Below are positions 1 through 7,119 of a DNA stretch of 18,615 bases, one piece after another. The notes under the pieces are model-generated. The model was not told where the DNA came from, did no database searches, and saw only the letters and a program-made list of their open reading frames with translations. Both the position numbers and the translations under genes were made by a program. The number at the start of each line of letters is the position of its first letter. The stretch's first letter is position 1. This DNA comes from Candidatus Parcubacteria bacterium (GTDB taxonomy: Bacteria; Patescibacteriota; Minisyncoccia; Phycocordibacterales; UBA918). The DNA is taken from contig JBJOPW010000017.1 of assembly GCA_046050355.1 (NCBI GenBank), forward strand, positions 1 through 18,615, given 5' to 3'.

Positions 1-74
1 TGATTGAAGAATACATCAAACACCACTTTGAGGGTGAAGCTGGTAAAGATGCGTTCAATGTGCAGGAACCATGA
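1..74 (+). mobile_element. tnpA: 3' end of IS200/IS605-family Y1 transposase (partial, cut by window edge)
   Basis: Frame from nt 3 reads IEEYIKHHFEGEAGKDAFNVQEP-TGA(72-74). The 'IxxYI' helix resembles the catalytic-Tyr helix at the TnpA C-terminus. Hairpins typical of IS200 right ends follow, and no tnpB follows. Confidence 0.65.
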
Positions 75-76
75 GA

Positions 77-120
77 GACTTCAGTCGTGACCCACTCTGT
101 GCACTTCTAGTGCACAGTGG
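77..120 (+). mobile_element. Putative IS200 right-end hairpins
   Basis: GACT-tc-AGTC (77-86) and CTGTGCACT-tct-AGTGCACAG (97-117) lie directly after the tnpA stop. Confidence 0.55.
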
Positions 121-130
121 TTGAAAAAAT

Positions 131-163
131 TGGCAAAAGGAAAGGGCGGCCCGAAGGTCGCCC
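131..163 (-). terminator. Intrinsic terminator of the 176..568 gene
   Basis: Minus strand reads GGGCGACC-TTCG-GGCCGCCC followed by TTTCCTTTT, 12 nt past the stop. Confidence 0.75.
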
Positions 164-175
164 CCCATCCGTACG

Positions 176-568
176 TTACAGCAGCTCACCTACCCCGGGG
201 TCGATGAGTATACACGAATGTGGCTGTATCATCCCGAGGAGCTTTTCCAAAGGAATGAAAGTCATTCCGTCATCGTGCAGAATCATCAACTGTCCCAGTT
301 CATCAACTGGAATTCCCTCAGCTGGTAGTTCTAGGGGTTCGAGATGAACTACGCACGCCGTACGAGTTTTCCCGTCGACGTCTAGGATCTCTTCCCGGCT
401 TACTTTGCCGGTAAATTTCTCGAGTGCATCTGCAGGGGGAATTTCTGGTCGCACGACAATTCCTGCCGAATCGTCGTGCTTCATCTCTTCAGCAGCTGCC
501 CCTGAAGGAATGAAAAATGGGAAAATGATAAACAGAATCGTTACAACTGCCTCAAGAACTTTGCGCAT
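176..568 (-). CDS. Hypothetical exported or membrane-anchored protein (~130 aa)
   Basis: MRKVLEAVVTILFIIFPFFIPSGAAAEE is a signal-peptide-like N-terminus with an AAA site. GGAGG lies 5 nt before ATG 568, with TG-G-TATAAT upstream and a terminator downstream. Confidence 0.7.
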   Translation of the reverse strand: MRKVLEAVVTILFIIFPFFIPSGAAAEEMKHDDSAGIVVRPEIPPADALEKFTGKVSREEILDVDGKTRTACVVHLEPLELPAEGIPVDELGQLMILHDDGMTFIPLEKLLGMIQPHSCILIDPGVGELL

Positions 569-693
569 ACATCCCTCCATTGGTTGCGCCTCGTGTGGGT
601 TGATCCCGCACTTGTTTTTATTATACCATAACTGTAATAAAAATCAATCAATTGGTAGCACTGTTTAGGTATAGAGCCTTAGATTCTGATATA

Positions 694-737
694 GCAACAG
701 CCAGACGAGACTGTGAGGCTCGTCTGGCTGGTGTTGC
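694..737 (-). terminator. Stem-loop downstream of the small ORF 750..830 (probable terminator)
   Basis: CAGCCAGACGAG (698-709) pairs with CTCGTCTGGCTG (719-730), extended by GCAACA/TGTTGC. Confidence 0.55.
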
Positions 738-749
738 GGTTATATATAT

Positions 750-830
750 TTAGAGCGGACTCCCGCCGAGGAAACTATTAAGAATAGCGAGACCAATAAA
801 GAGAGCAAGCGCCATAACAACGTATTTCAT
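750..830 (-). CDS. Small single-helix membrane peptide (26 aa)
   Basis: MKYVVMALALFIGLAILNSFLGGSPL. TG-C-TACTAT lies 8 nt before the ATG and a hairpin follows the stop. Confidence 0.5.
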   Translation of the reverse strand: MKYVVMALALFIGLAILNSFLGGSPL

Positions 831-847
831 ATGCAAATATAGTAGCA

Positions 848-887
848 CAAAGGGCCGTCCTTCGTTGAAACGAAGGACGGCCCTTTG
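848..887. repeat. 40-bp inverted repeat, REP-doublet-like
   Basis: CAAAGGGCCGTCCTTCGTT-ga-AACGAAGGACGGCCCTTTG: perfect 19-bp arms, each with an internal mini-hairpin (AAGGG-ccg-TCCTT). Confidence 0.85.
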
Positions 888-905
888 ACAAGATTTCAAA
901 CTGAC

Positions 906-943
906 TATCTCCAATACTTCATTTAAATGAAGTATTGGAGATA
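906..943. repeat. 38-bp perfect palindrome, copy 1 of a repeated element
   Basis: TATCTCCAATACTTCATTT|AAATGAAGTATTGGAGATA. The 30-bp core (910-939) is identical to 18445-18474. Confidence 0.95.
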
Positions 944-944
944 C

Positions 945-981
945 AGAAAACGCCTCGTCATGGATATGAGAGGCGTTTTCT
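945..981 (-). terminator. Probable intrinsic terminator of the DEAD-box helicase gene
   Basis: AGAAAACGCCTC (945-956) pairs with GAGGCGTTTTCT (970-981), 15 nt after the stop at 997, with T-tracts on both strands. Confidence 0.7.
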
Positions 982-996
982 TGATGGGACAATTGA

Positions 997-2472
997 TTAG
1001 TTTTTTGGCACGAATGTCAAAGCGTTGCCGAGTTTATCCGCCCGACCAGTTCGACCAATACGGTGCACATAATCTTCAAACGTGTTTGGGAGGTCGTAGT
1101 TGATGACGTGTGAGACGTTGTCCACGTGGATACCACGCGCAGCGACGTCGGTCGCCACGAGGATATTCACCCGACCAGATTTGAAGTTCTGGAGTGAACG
1201 CTGGCGCTGACCATGGTTCTTATTCCCATGAATGGCGTCGGCCTTGAGACCGGTCTTCACCAGTTCCTGCGCGAGCTTCTCCACACTATGCTTCATCGCA
1301 CCAAAGATGATGACGCGTTCGAATTCCTTCTTCCCGAGGAGGGTAACGAGGAGATCAAATTTGTGGTGATGTTCGTAGAAGACCACATCCTGCGTGATAC
1401 TTGAGGTGATATCCTTTTTCTTCACTGATACGGTGATGGGGTCACGCATGAATTCGTGGATAAGACCTTCCACTGTCTTACTCATCGTGGCAGAGAAGAA
1501 GAGGGTTTCGTGATCAGTCGGGATATCCTTGAGGATACTACGCATGTCATGAATAAATCCCATGTCGAGCATGCGGTCAGCTTCGTCCAAGATCACTGTC
1601 GTGATAGCTCCTGGCTTGATGTGGCCACGGTCCATGAGGTCCTGCACACGGCCTGGGGTACCAATGATGAAGTGGTTACGGCGCTTGAGGCCCATAATCT
1701 GAGGACGGATATTCATACCACCCACACAGGTAGTGGAGTAGATACCCATCTTTGGGGTGAGCTTGCGTAGTTCCTGTTCTACTTGAATCGCAAGTTCGCG
1801 GGTTGGTGCGAGGATGAGCGTCAGGCGGTTGCGATGCTTGAGGGTCTTGTTGATAGTTGGCACGAGGAAAGCAGCGGTCTTACCAGTACCGGTCGCAGCG
1901 AGTCCGACCACATCACGTCCTTCGAGGATGTGGGGAATAATCTGGTCTTGAATCGGTGACGGGGTAACGAGGTTCATCGCGTCAATGGCTTCAACCAGTT
2001 CACGCTCGAGACCAAAATCGTGAAAGGTATGCTTTGGTACGTACGCTGGTTCGGTGTCTGCTACTACGGGATTCTTGTTGATGTACTGTGAGACGTCAAA
2101 GGTCTGCATAACGCGACCACGGCCGCGACTACTGCCACCACCATTACGACTTGGTCCCCGACCAAAACTACTGCCACTGCTACTAAATGAGCGCTGTGGG
2201 CGTGGGTTACTACCCTGGTAGCCGGTACTCGGGCGACGGTCGCCACTGTAGCTGCTACTACGACCGTGTCCACTACGACTACCGTTTTGGTAAGCAGGAC
2301 GGCGTCCGTATGAACGCTCGCCGTCGTCAGTGCCACTGACGATTATTTTGTCACTCACATCGCTAGTGTCGATTTGAGTGCGACGTTGAAATGGTCGGTG
2401 TCCAGTAGGACGAGCGGGGCGATTATTAGTAAATGAGCGAGACCGATTTGGTCGGGCTTGTGATGCATCCAT
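997..2472 (-). CDS. DEAD-box ATP-dependent RNA helicase with a long disordered N-terminal extension
   Basis: Q motif (F..FGL...PSPIQ), ATGTGKT, PTRELA, TPGR, DEAD, SAT, ARGI and HRIGRTGR are all present. Confidence 0.97.
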   Translation of the reverse strand: MDASQARPNRSRSFTNNRPARPTGHRPFQRRTQIDTSDVSDKIIVSGTDDGERSYGRRPAYQNGSRSGHGRSSSYSGDRRPSTGYQGSNPRPQRSFSSSGSSFGRGPSRNGGGSSRGRGRVMQTFDVSQYINKNPVVADTEPAYVPKHTFHDFGLERELVEAIDAMNLVTPSPIQDQIIPHILEGRDVVGLAATGTGKTAAFLVPTINKTLKHRNRLTLILAPTRELAIQVEQELRKLTPKMGIYSTTCVGGMNIRPQIMGLKRRNHFIIGTPGRVQDLMDRGHIKPGAITTVILDEADRMLDMGFIHDMRSILKDIPTDHETLFFSATMSKTVEGLIHEFMRDPITVSVKKKDITSSITQDVVFYEHHHKFDLLVTLLGKKEFERVIIFGAMKHSVEKLAQELVKTGLKADAIHGNKNHGQRQRSLQNFKSGRVNILVATDVAARGIHVDNVSHVINYDLPNTFEDYVHRIGRTGRADKLGNALTFVPKN

Positions 2473-2608
2473 GAAATTGTTGTTGTGTTAGGTGTCTCAC
2501 AACAAAGTGAGACGGGCTGTGCAGAAATTAATATGCAACCAATGTAGAAAGCATATCTTTCGGGGTTGCTACCCGAAGAGCCCTACACGAGAATCTTAAG
2601 GTGCTATG

Positions 2609-2637
2609 AAGATAACACGCTTCGACCTTTTCGTCAA
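2609..2637 (-). promoter_or_regulatory. Sigma70-type promoter for the helicase gene
   Basis: Minus strand TTGACG (2637-2632), 17 nt, TATCTT (2614-2609) with an upstream TG. This predicts a ~130-nt leader. Confidence 0.6.
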
Positions 2638-2665
2638 ATAAGTCACGGTATGGTACCGTTATCCC

Positions 2666-3793
2666 ATGACTGAGAAGTTTTCTCTGAAGGATCATCTATT
2701 TAACAAAAAGCGGGTAGCGTACCTAGCGTCACTGCTCGCCGCGGCTGACAAAAACTTTGACGGGAAGGGATTTGAGAGGGAAGTGATGAGTAAACTCCTC
2801 ACGCTTGAACTCAAAGACCGTATCCGGTGGATAGCGGACGTCCTCACGCGACACCTACCGGCAGACTACAAAAAAGCAGTGGCGGTGATTGTGCGCGCGC
2901 TGCCACCACCACTTGATCCGCAGAAGACCGATGATGACTTTGGTGAGTTTATCTTGGCACCCTTTGGTGAATACGTGGCAATGGAAGGTTGTACCAAGGA
3001 ACACCTCGAGCTCTCGCTCGAAACACTCCGTGAGCTCACCATGCGTTTTTCGATGGAAGACGCGATTCGCTATTACCTCCGGGCCTTTCCAAAAGAAACA
3101 TTGCGCGTAATGAAGCAGTGGGTCCGTGACGACAACTATCATGTCAGACGTTTGGTGAGTGAAGGGACACGGCCACTCTTACCGTGGAGTGGGCGAGTAC
3201 CGCTCACTACGGCGGACACTCTGCCGCTTCTGACTGCACTCCATGCTGACAGGACTCGCTACGTCACACGCTCAGTAGCGAATCATCTCAATGACATCGC
3301 GAAGAAAGAGCCGGCAGTGGTGATAGATACCTTACGCCAGTGGCAAAAGCTGGGGAAGCAGGATGCGCGTGAGCTTACCTGGATGACCAAGCATGCCTTG
3401 CGCACTCTCATCAAACAAGGGCATAGTGATACGCTTACGCTGCTCGGGTACGATAGTGCCGACTATAGTGTAGACGGATTGAACCTGGCTGCTACAGAGA
3501 TACAGGCGGGGGAAGTATTATCGTTTGACACCACTATTACTGCAACCGCTGACACGAACCTCCTCATTGATTACGTCTTACACTTTGTAAAGAAAAACGG
3601 CACAACTGCACCAAAGGTATTCAAATGGAAAATAATTTCGCTCAAAGCGGGGGAGGAACTTAAACTGACAAAAAATCACCGACTCAAAGCCGATGCGACT
3701 ACTTTTACTCTTTATGCTGGTGAACACGCAATCGAGCTGCAAATCAACGGTACTATTACTGCTCAGAAGACATTTACTCTTTCCAAAAATTAA
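2666..3793 (+). CDS. alkC: DNA alkylation repair protein, AlkC-like HEAT-repeat 3-methyladenine glycosylase with a C-terminal beta domain
   Basis: Motifs LTMRFSMEDAIR, HVRRLVSEGTRPLLPW and YVTRSVANHLNDIAK, plus C-terminal IDYVLHFVKKNG..KVFK and LYAGEH. Confidence 0.85.
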   Translation: MTEKFSLKDHLFNKKRVAYLASLLAAADKNFDGKGFEREVMSKLLTLELKDRIRWIADVLTRHLPADYKKAVAVIVRALPPPLDPQKTDDDFGEFILAPFGEYVAMEGCTKEHLELSLETLRELTMRFSMEDAIRYYLRAFPKETLRVMKQWVRDDNYHVRRLVSEGTRPLLPWSGRVPLTTADTLPLLTALHADRTRYVTRSVANHLNDIAKKEPAVVIDTLRQWQKLGKQDARELTWMTKHALRTLIKQGHSDTLTLLGYDSADYSVDGLNLAATEIQAGEVLSFDTTITATADTNLLIDYVLHFVKKNGTTAPKVFKWKIISLKAGEELKLTKNHRLKADATTFTLYAGEHAIELQINGTITAQKTFTLSKN

Positions 3794-3821
3794 ATACTAC
3801 TATATATAGTAGTATTTAATT
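3788..3821. repeat. 34-bp perfect AT-rich palindrome filling the gap between convergent genes
   Basis: AATTAAATACTACTATA|TATAGTAGTATTTAATT, overlapping both stop codons. Confidence 0.9.
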
Positions 3822-4137
3822 ACTCTTGAAAATCGTAGAATATTTCTTCGAAGTCTTTGATTTTACCTTTCGCGGTTATTTCAATTCCTTCCCTCTTATA
3901 CATTTTGAGGCGGGTGGCTTCATGTTCACTATCGAGCCAGACTTTGCCACCGGCGTAGACAATCCGGTGCCAGGGAATGGCGCGGGGATTTGGGGCCTTG
4001 CTTAAGATGCTCGTGATACTGCGTGATGCCATTCCACCACCTCCGGCGGCCTTTGCAATCGCTCCATAGGTCGTCACGCGACCCGGTGGGATACTCACCG
4101 CTAGTTCCCAGACGCGCTGACTAAAACTTTCGTACAT
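3820..4137 (-). CDS. Alkyltransferase-like (ATL, MGMT family) protein
   Basis: IPPGRVTTYGAIA and PWHRI, with Trp in place of the active-site Cys of PCHR as in YbaZ/Atl1. Confidence 0.9.
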   Translation of the reverse strand: MYESFSQRVWELAVSIPPGRVTTYGAIAKAAGGGGMASRSITSILSKAPNPRAIPWHRIVYAGGKVWLDSEHEATRLKMYKREGIEITAKGKIKDFEEIFYDFQE

Positions 4138-4168
4138 ACGATCAGTATACCAAAATCATAAGTTTTAA

Positions 4169-4218
4169 TTTAGGGGTCCAACCCCGAGATCAACAAATCT
4201 CGGGGTTGGACCCCTAAA
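4169..4218. repeat. 50-bp inverted repeat, REPIN-like doublet
   Basis: TTTAGGGGTCCAACCCCGAGAT-caacaa-ATCTCGGGGTTGGACCCCTAAA: perfect 22-bp arms, each with its own hairpin GGGGT-cca-ACCCC. Confidence 0.9.
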
Positions 4219-4235
4219 ATGACCAAGGCTACTAT

Positions 4236-4787
4236 TTATTGTCGGTCAAGCGTAGTTAAAGCGGCGATGAGTCGCTCGATGTGTGACTCGAGCGTGACAC
4301 CAAGCGCCTCTACTGCCTCGTAGATATGCGCACGACTGATGCCGGGTGCGAACTTCTCTTCCTTGAGGCGCTTTACAATCGATGAAACTTTCATCTCGTT
4401 GTAGGGGATGGGGTTCAATTTTTGGTAGGCATAAAAGATACCGCAGATCTCGTCGCAGGCCATAAGGGCTTTCGCCAGGTTAGTGGCAGGCTTTGTCGTG
4501 TACCCATTAAAGCCATTGGCATGAGCCTCAACCGCGTGGATTAAGTCTGCAGGATAGCCCCATTCCTCAAACCACTTGAGTGATGGACCGGGGTGTAGGG
4601 TCGGGTGCTGTTCGTAATCGATATCGTGGAGGTAGCCGGTGAGCCAGTAGAGATGCTCGTCTTCACCAAAGACGCTCGCATAGGAAGCCGTTGCGGCACC
4701 AACCATCTCGGCATGAAGGCGAAGGTACGGGTCGGTGGTGTAGGAATGGAGGAGGTGAGTTGCCTCAATGCGAGTGGGGAGTGACAT
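4236..4787 (-). CDS. HD-domain metal-dependent phosphohydrolase (HDIG-like)
   Basis: H...GYLHDIDYE...H...AH...ACDE pattern. TG-C-TATAAT lies 7 nt before the ATG. Confidence 0.88.
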   Translation of the reverse strand: MSLPTRIEATHLLHSYTTDPYLRLHAEMVGAATASYASVFGEDEHLYWLTGYLHDIDYEQHPTLHPGPSLKWFEEWGYPADLIHAVEAHANGFNGYTTKPATNLAKALMACDEICGIFYAYQKLNPIPYNEMKVSSIVKRLKEEKFAPGISRAHIYEAVEALGVTLESHIERLIAALTTLDRQ

Positions 4788-4807
4788 ACCAAGGATTATA
4801 GCAGATA

Positions 4808-4837
4808 TGAAGAAGCCCGCCGAGAATCCCGGCGGGC
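4808..4837 (-). terminator. Intrinsic terminator of the 4874..5368 gene
   Basis: GCCCGCCG/CGGCGGGC stem (4815-4837) followed on the minus strand by TTCTTCA. Confidence 0.65.
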
Positions 4838-4873
4838 GTGTCGTCGAAGGACGACGGTGTCAGGTGGCAGGGA

Positions 4874-5368
4874 TTAACCCCAGCAGCTTTTGCTCTCATT
4901 CCAGGGAGCAGTGCCTTCGCTTAGGTAAAGTTCCCGTGCGAACGCGAGATTTCCATCCAGCGTGGTGACGTTCGTTTCAGGCGAATCGGACCATGCAGGA
5001 TAGTGGTTCTTGTAGGTGATCTGGCAGACGCCAGTTGCCGACGAGCCGCGCTTGCCAGTTTCCGGATTGATCCAGCGACTGACCAGCAGGGTCCCGTCTT
5101 CCCGGAATTGCCGGAACTCCGATTCACAACCGCAGATCCCGATCATTACCGGGATATCAGCGAAATATTCACGCACCCGCGCCTCTACGTAGTTCGGGTC
5201 GACTTCAGGATCGGTCGGAGACACAGCAAAGTGCGTCTCCAGAGCGGCGATTGAAATCTTGCGAACAGGGCTCCGTTGGGCTTCACTCGCCACCGCGCTC
5301 TGGGTCGCCAGCAAGTAGCTGACGGCGATGAGGGTAGTGACGAGTTGACTAGGTCGAGTCTTTTCCAT
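4874..5368 (-). CDS. Secreted lysozyme-like / lytic transglycosylase-like protein (~164 aa)
   Basis: The start at MEKTRPSQ gives a signal peptide (LIAVSYLLATQSAVA). SLT-like motifs: CES, ATGVCQI, GNLAFARELY, GTAPW..S..CW. Confidence 0.6.
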   Translation of the reverse strand: MEKTRPSQLVTTLIAVSYLLATQSAVASEAQRSPVRKISIAALETHFAVSPTDPEVDPNYVEARVREYFADIPVMIGICGCESEFRQFREDGTLLVSRWINPETGKRGSSATGVCQITYKNHYPAWSDSPETNVTTLDGNLAFARELYLSEGTAPWNESKSCWG

Positions 5369-5496
5369 TTCTGAAGTTTCCTTCTTTTGTACAGTGGATG
5401 AATGACTGCATCGTCCCATGCAGTCGGTTTCTTCCTCTTCCCAACCCTATGACGGGGGGAGGGGGGATTTCTTACACAGTCGAGTGGGGTAGCCCT

Positions 5497-5529
5497 AAAC
5501 GGCCGAAAAGCTAGGCTTTTCGGCCGTTT
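5497..5529. terminator. 15-bp-arm hairpin after apbE (probable terminator)
   Basis: AAACGGCCGAAAAGC-tag-GCTTTTCGGCCGTTT, 9 nt from the apbE stop. Confidence 0.65.
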
Positions 5530-5538
5530 GTGCTTGGG

Positions 5539-6414
5539 CTACAGGCCAATAAACGGGAAGTCAGGGGTGGTGGTGAGCCGACTGGTGGCCAGATTGAGGA
5601 GGGTGTAGGCGATATGTTCCTCCTCCGCCAGGGCGGCAAAATCAGCCTCGGGAATAAGCAGTGCAGTGGTGGCCAGCATATCAGCGGTGACCGCGTCGCG
5701 TGCAATCACGAAGCTCGCATCAATCGCCTTGGTGTCTCCGACAATATGGCTCGTTTCACCGGTCTTCGTCTGCCAGCGACGTTTATGGGAACTGGAAGCA
5801 GCGAAACCTTGGTTCATGATGGTAGTGGTGCCGAGATAAGTATCGGGTTCGGTCGGGTGTTCGAGATAAATCGTGATGGGTGCACCACGTTCACTTGTGC
5901 CGTACATGTCACCTCCGCCATTAATGAGGAACTCAACCACTCCTTCATTTCGAAGCAGCTCAGCAATTTGATCAATGGCCCAGCCTTTCCCGATACCGCC
6001 GAGATCAAGTAGTCCAACCGATAGTCGCCACGTATCGTCGAGACTGTCGATGTCGATGAGTGGGTTTCCAATCTCCACCGCCCGCTCCATCGCCACGAGC
6101 GAATAGCTGTTATCGTAGCCGCGAGCAATGAGCGCGTCTCCAACGAGGATGTTAAACGCTCCTTTGGTCTTGCGATACATGTCGCGACCATGACCAATGA
6201 GTACCTTGAGATCAGGGTCGGTAGTGACGACGGTGCGTTCACGGTTAAGGATACCGACGAGTGTATCGTCTCTAAAACGTGAAAAGCGGTTCTCGATAGA
6301 CGACAAGAGCGTCGTGGCGGCGCTTTCTATGCCATCACGACGCTCTGTACTCATCTCATCAAAGACTTCAATCCACCATGTCGTGCCGAGGGCAGTAATG
6401 GTGATAGTGTTCAT
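5539..6414 (-). CDS. apbE: FAD:protein FMN transferase (ApbE family)
   Basis: ALGT, FSRFRDDT, GAFNILVG, LDLGGIGKGWAID, LINGGGD, ASSS, SHI and ADMLATT motifs. Confidence 0.93.
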   Translation of the reverse strand: MNTITITALGTTWWIEVFDEMSTERRDGIESAATTLLSSIENRFSRFRDDTLVGILNRERTVVTTDPDLKVLIGHGRDMYRKTKGAFNILVGDALIARGYDNSYSLVAMERAVEIGNPLIDIDSLDDTWRLSVGLLDLGGIGKGWAIDQIAELLRNEGVVEFLINGGGDMYGTSERGAPITIYLEHPTEPDTYLGTTTIMNQGFAASSSHKRRWQTKTGETSHIVGDTKAIDASFVIARDAVTADMLATTALLIPEADFAALAEEEHIAYTLLNLATSRLTTTPDFPFIGL

Positions 6415-6420
6415 GACTGG

Positions 6421-7038
6421 TTAGTTGACCGCGGCTGCCTTTACCTTCGCGAGGGCATCATTAAATCCATTGGTCGTCAGGGAAGCGCCACCGACACGTG
6501 AGAGCTTGATACTATCGAGCTTCTTGCCAATTACCTGAGATTCGTAGGCCGCCATAAAGCGATTCTGGTACTGGGTTGATTCACTCACTTTGTCACCGCC
6601 GTAGACAATAGAACTAGCCGTAACTACATCGCCCTTAAGGGTGAGGGTGACGGTCATGGTGTGGTTTGAGTTTTCTGGGGCGCGGTAGGTTGTGTTCACG
6701 GTCTTGGCACCATCAGCGTAGACCGTCGTTGGAGTAGTTGGAGTAGTCGGCGTAGTCGGCGTAGTTGGTATGACCGGCTTTGTTGGAGTAGTCGGCGTAG
6801 TTGGTGTGCCAGCTATGGGAGTCGTAGGAATAGGGGCATCACCTTCTTCTGAAGGTACACTGGTAGCGGTTTCAACAGGATTACTTTCCTCAGCTGGTGT
6901 GGTGGTGCCGTCAGTGGCTTCTAGAGTGGCTGGTAATTCGGTGTCAGCAATTGGAGTGACTACCTCTTCTGGTCGAAGGAAGTAGCTGCCGAGTCCAATG
7001 GCTACCGCTAATCCGATAATGATAAGAACTATTGGCAT
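6421..7038 (-). CDS. Membrane-anchored FMN-binding (flavinylation substrate) protein with a Pro/Thr stalk (~205 aa)
   Basis: N-terminal TM helix (PIVLIIIGLAVAIGLGSYFL), TTP repeats, and a C-terminal FMN_bind-like domain with VGGASLTT..F. It lies 6 nt upstream of apbE. Confidence 0.85.
   Translation of the reverse strand: MPIVLIIIGLAVAIGLGSYFLRPEEVVTPIADTELPATLEATDGTTTPAEESNPVETATSVPSEEGDAPIPTTPIAGTPTTPTTPTKPVIPTTPTTPTTPTTPTTVYADGAKTVNTTYRAPENSNHTMTVTLTLKGDVVTASSIVYGGDKVSESTQYQNRFMAAYESQVIGKKLDSIKLSRVGGASLTTNGFNDALAKVKAAAVN
6724..6807 (-). repeat. Imperfect 9-bp coding tandem repeats encoding (Pro-Thr-Thr)n
   Basis: Plus strand GTAGTTGGA/GTAGTCGGC units. The protein reads TPTTPTTPTKPVIPTTPTTPTTPTTPTT. 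Confidence 0.9.
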
Positions 7039-7119
7039 AGAGACTATATTTAAGAATAACGACAACAGTATACAAGTAAGTAGGCCATCAGGCTATTAAA
7101 AGATGTATACTAGTATTAT

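Noticed and set aside
694-981. CRISPR array suggested by clustered palindromes
   Set aside because: The palindromes are unrelated to each other. There are no direct repeats with regular spacers and no cas genes.
750-992. Full 80-aa ORF from the track
   Set aside because: Its 5' two-thirds runs through three palindromes, including the helicase terminator. Only the 26-aa ORF from ATG 830 has start signals.
3820-4137. Active O6-methylguanine methyltransferase (ogt)
   Set aside because: The active-site Cys is replaced by Trp (PWHR).
5405-5467. Riboswitch or tRNA in the spacer upstream of the SLT-like gene
   Set aside because: Two hairpins are visible (GACTGCAT/ATGCAGTC and a C-rich/G-rich pair), but there is no cloverleaf or recognisable aptamer consensus.
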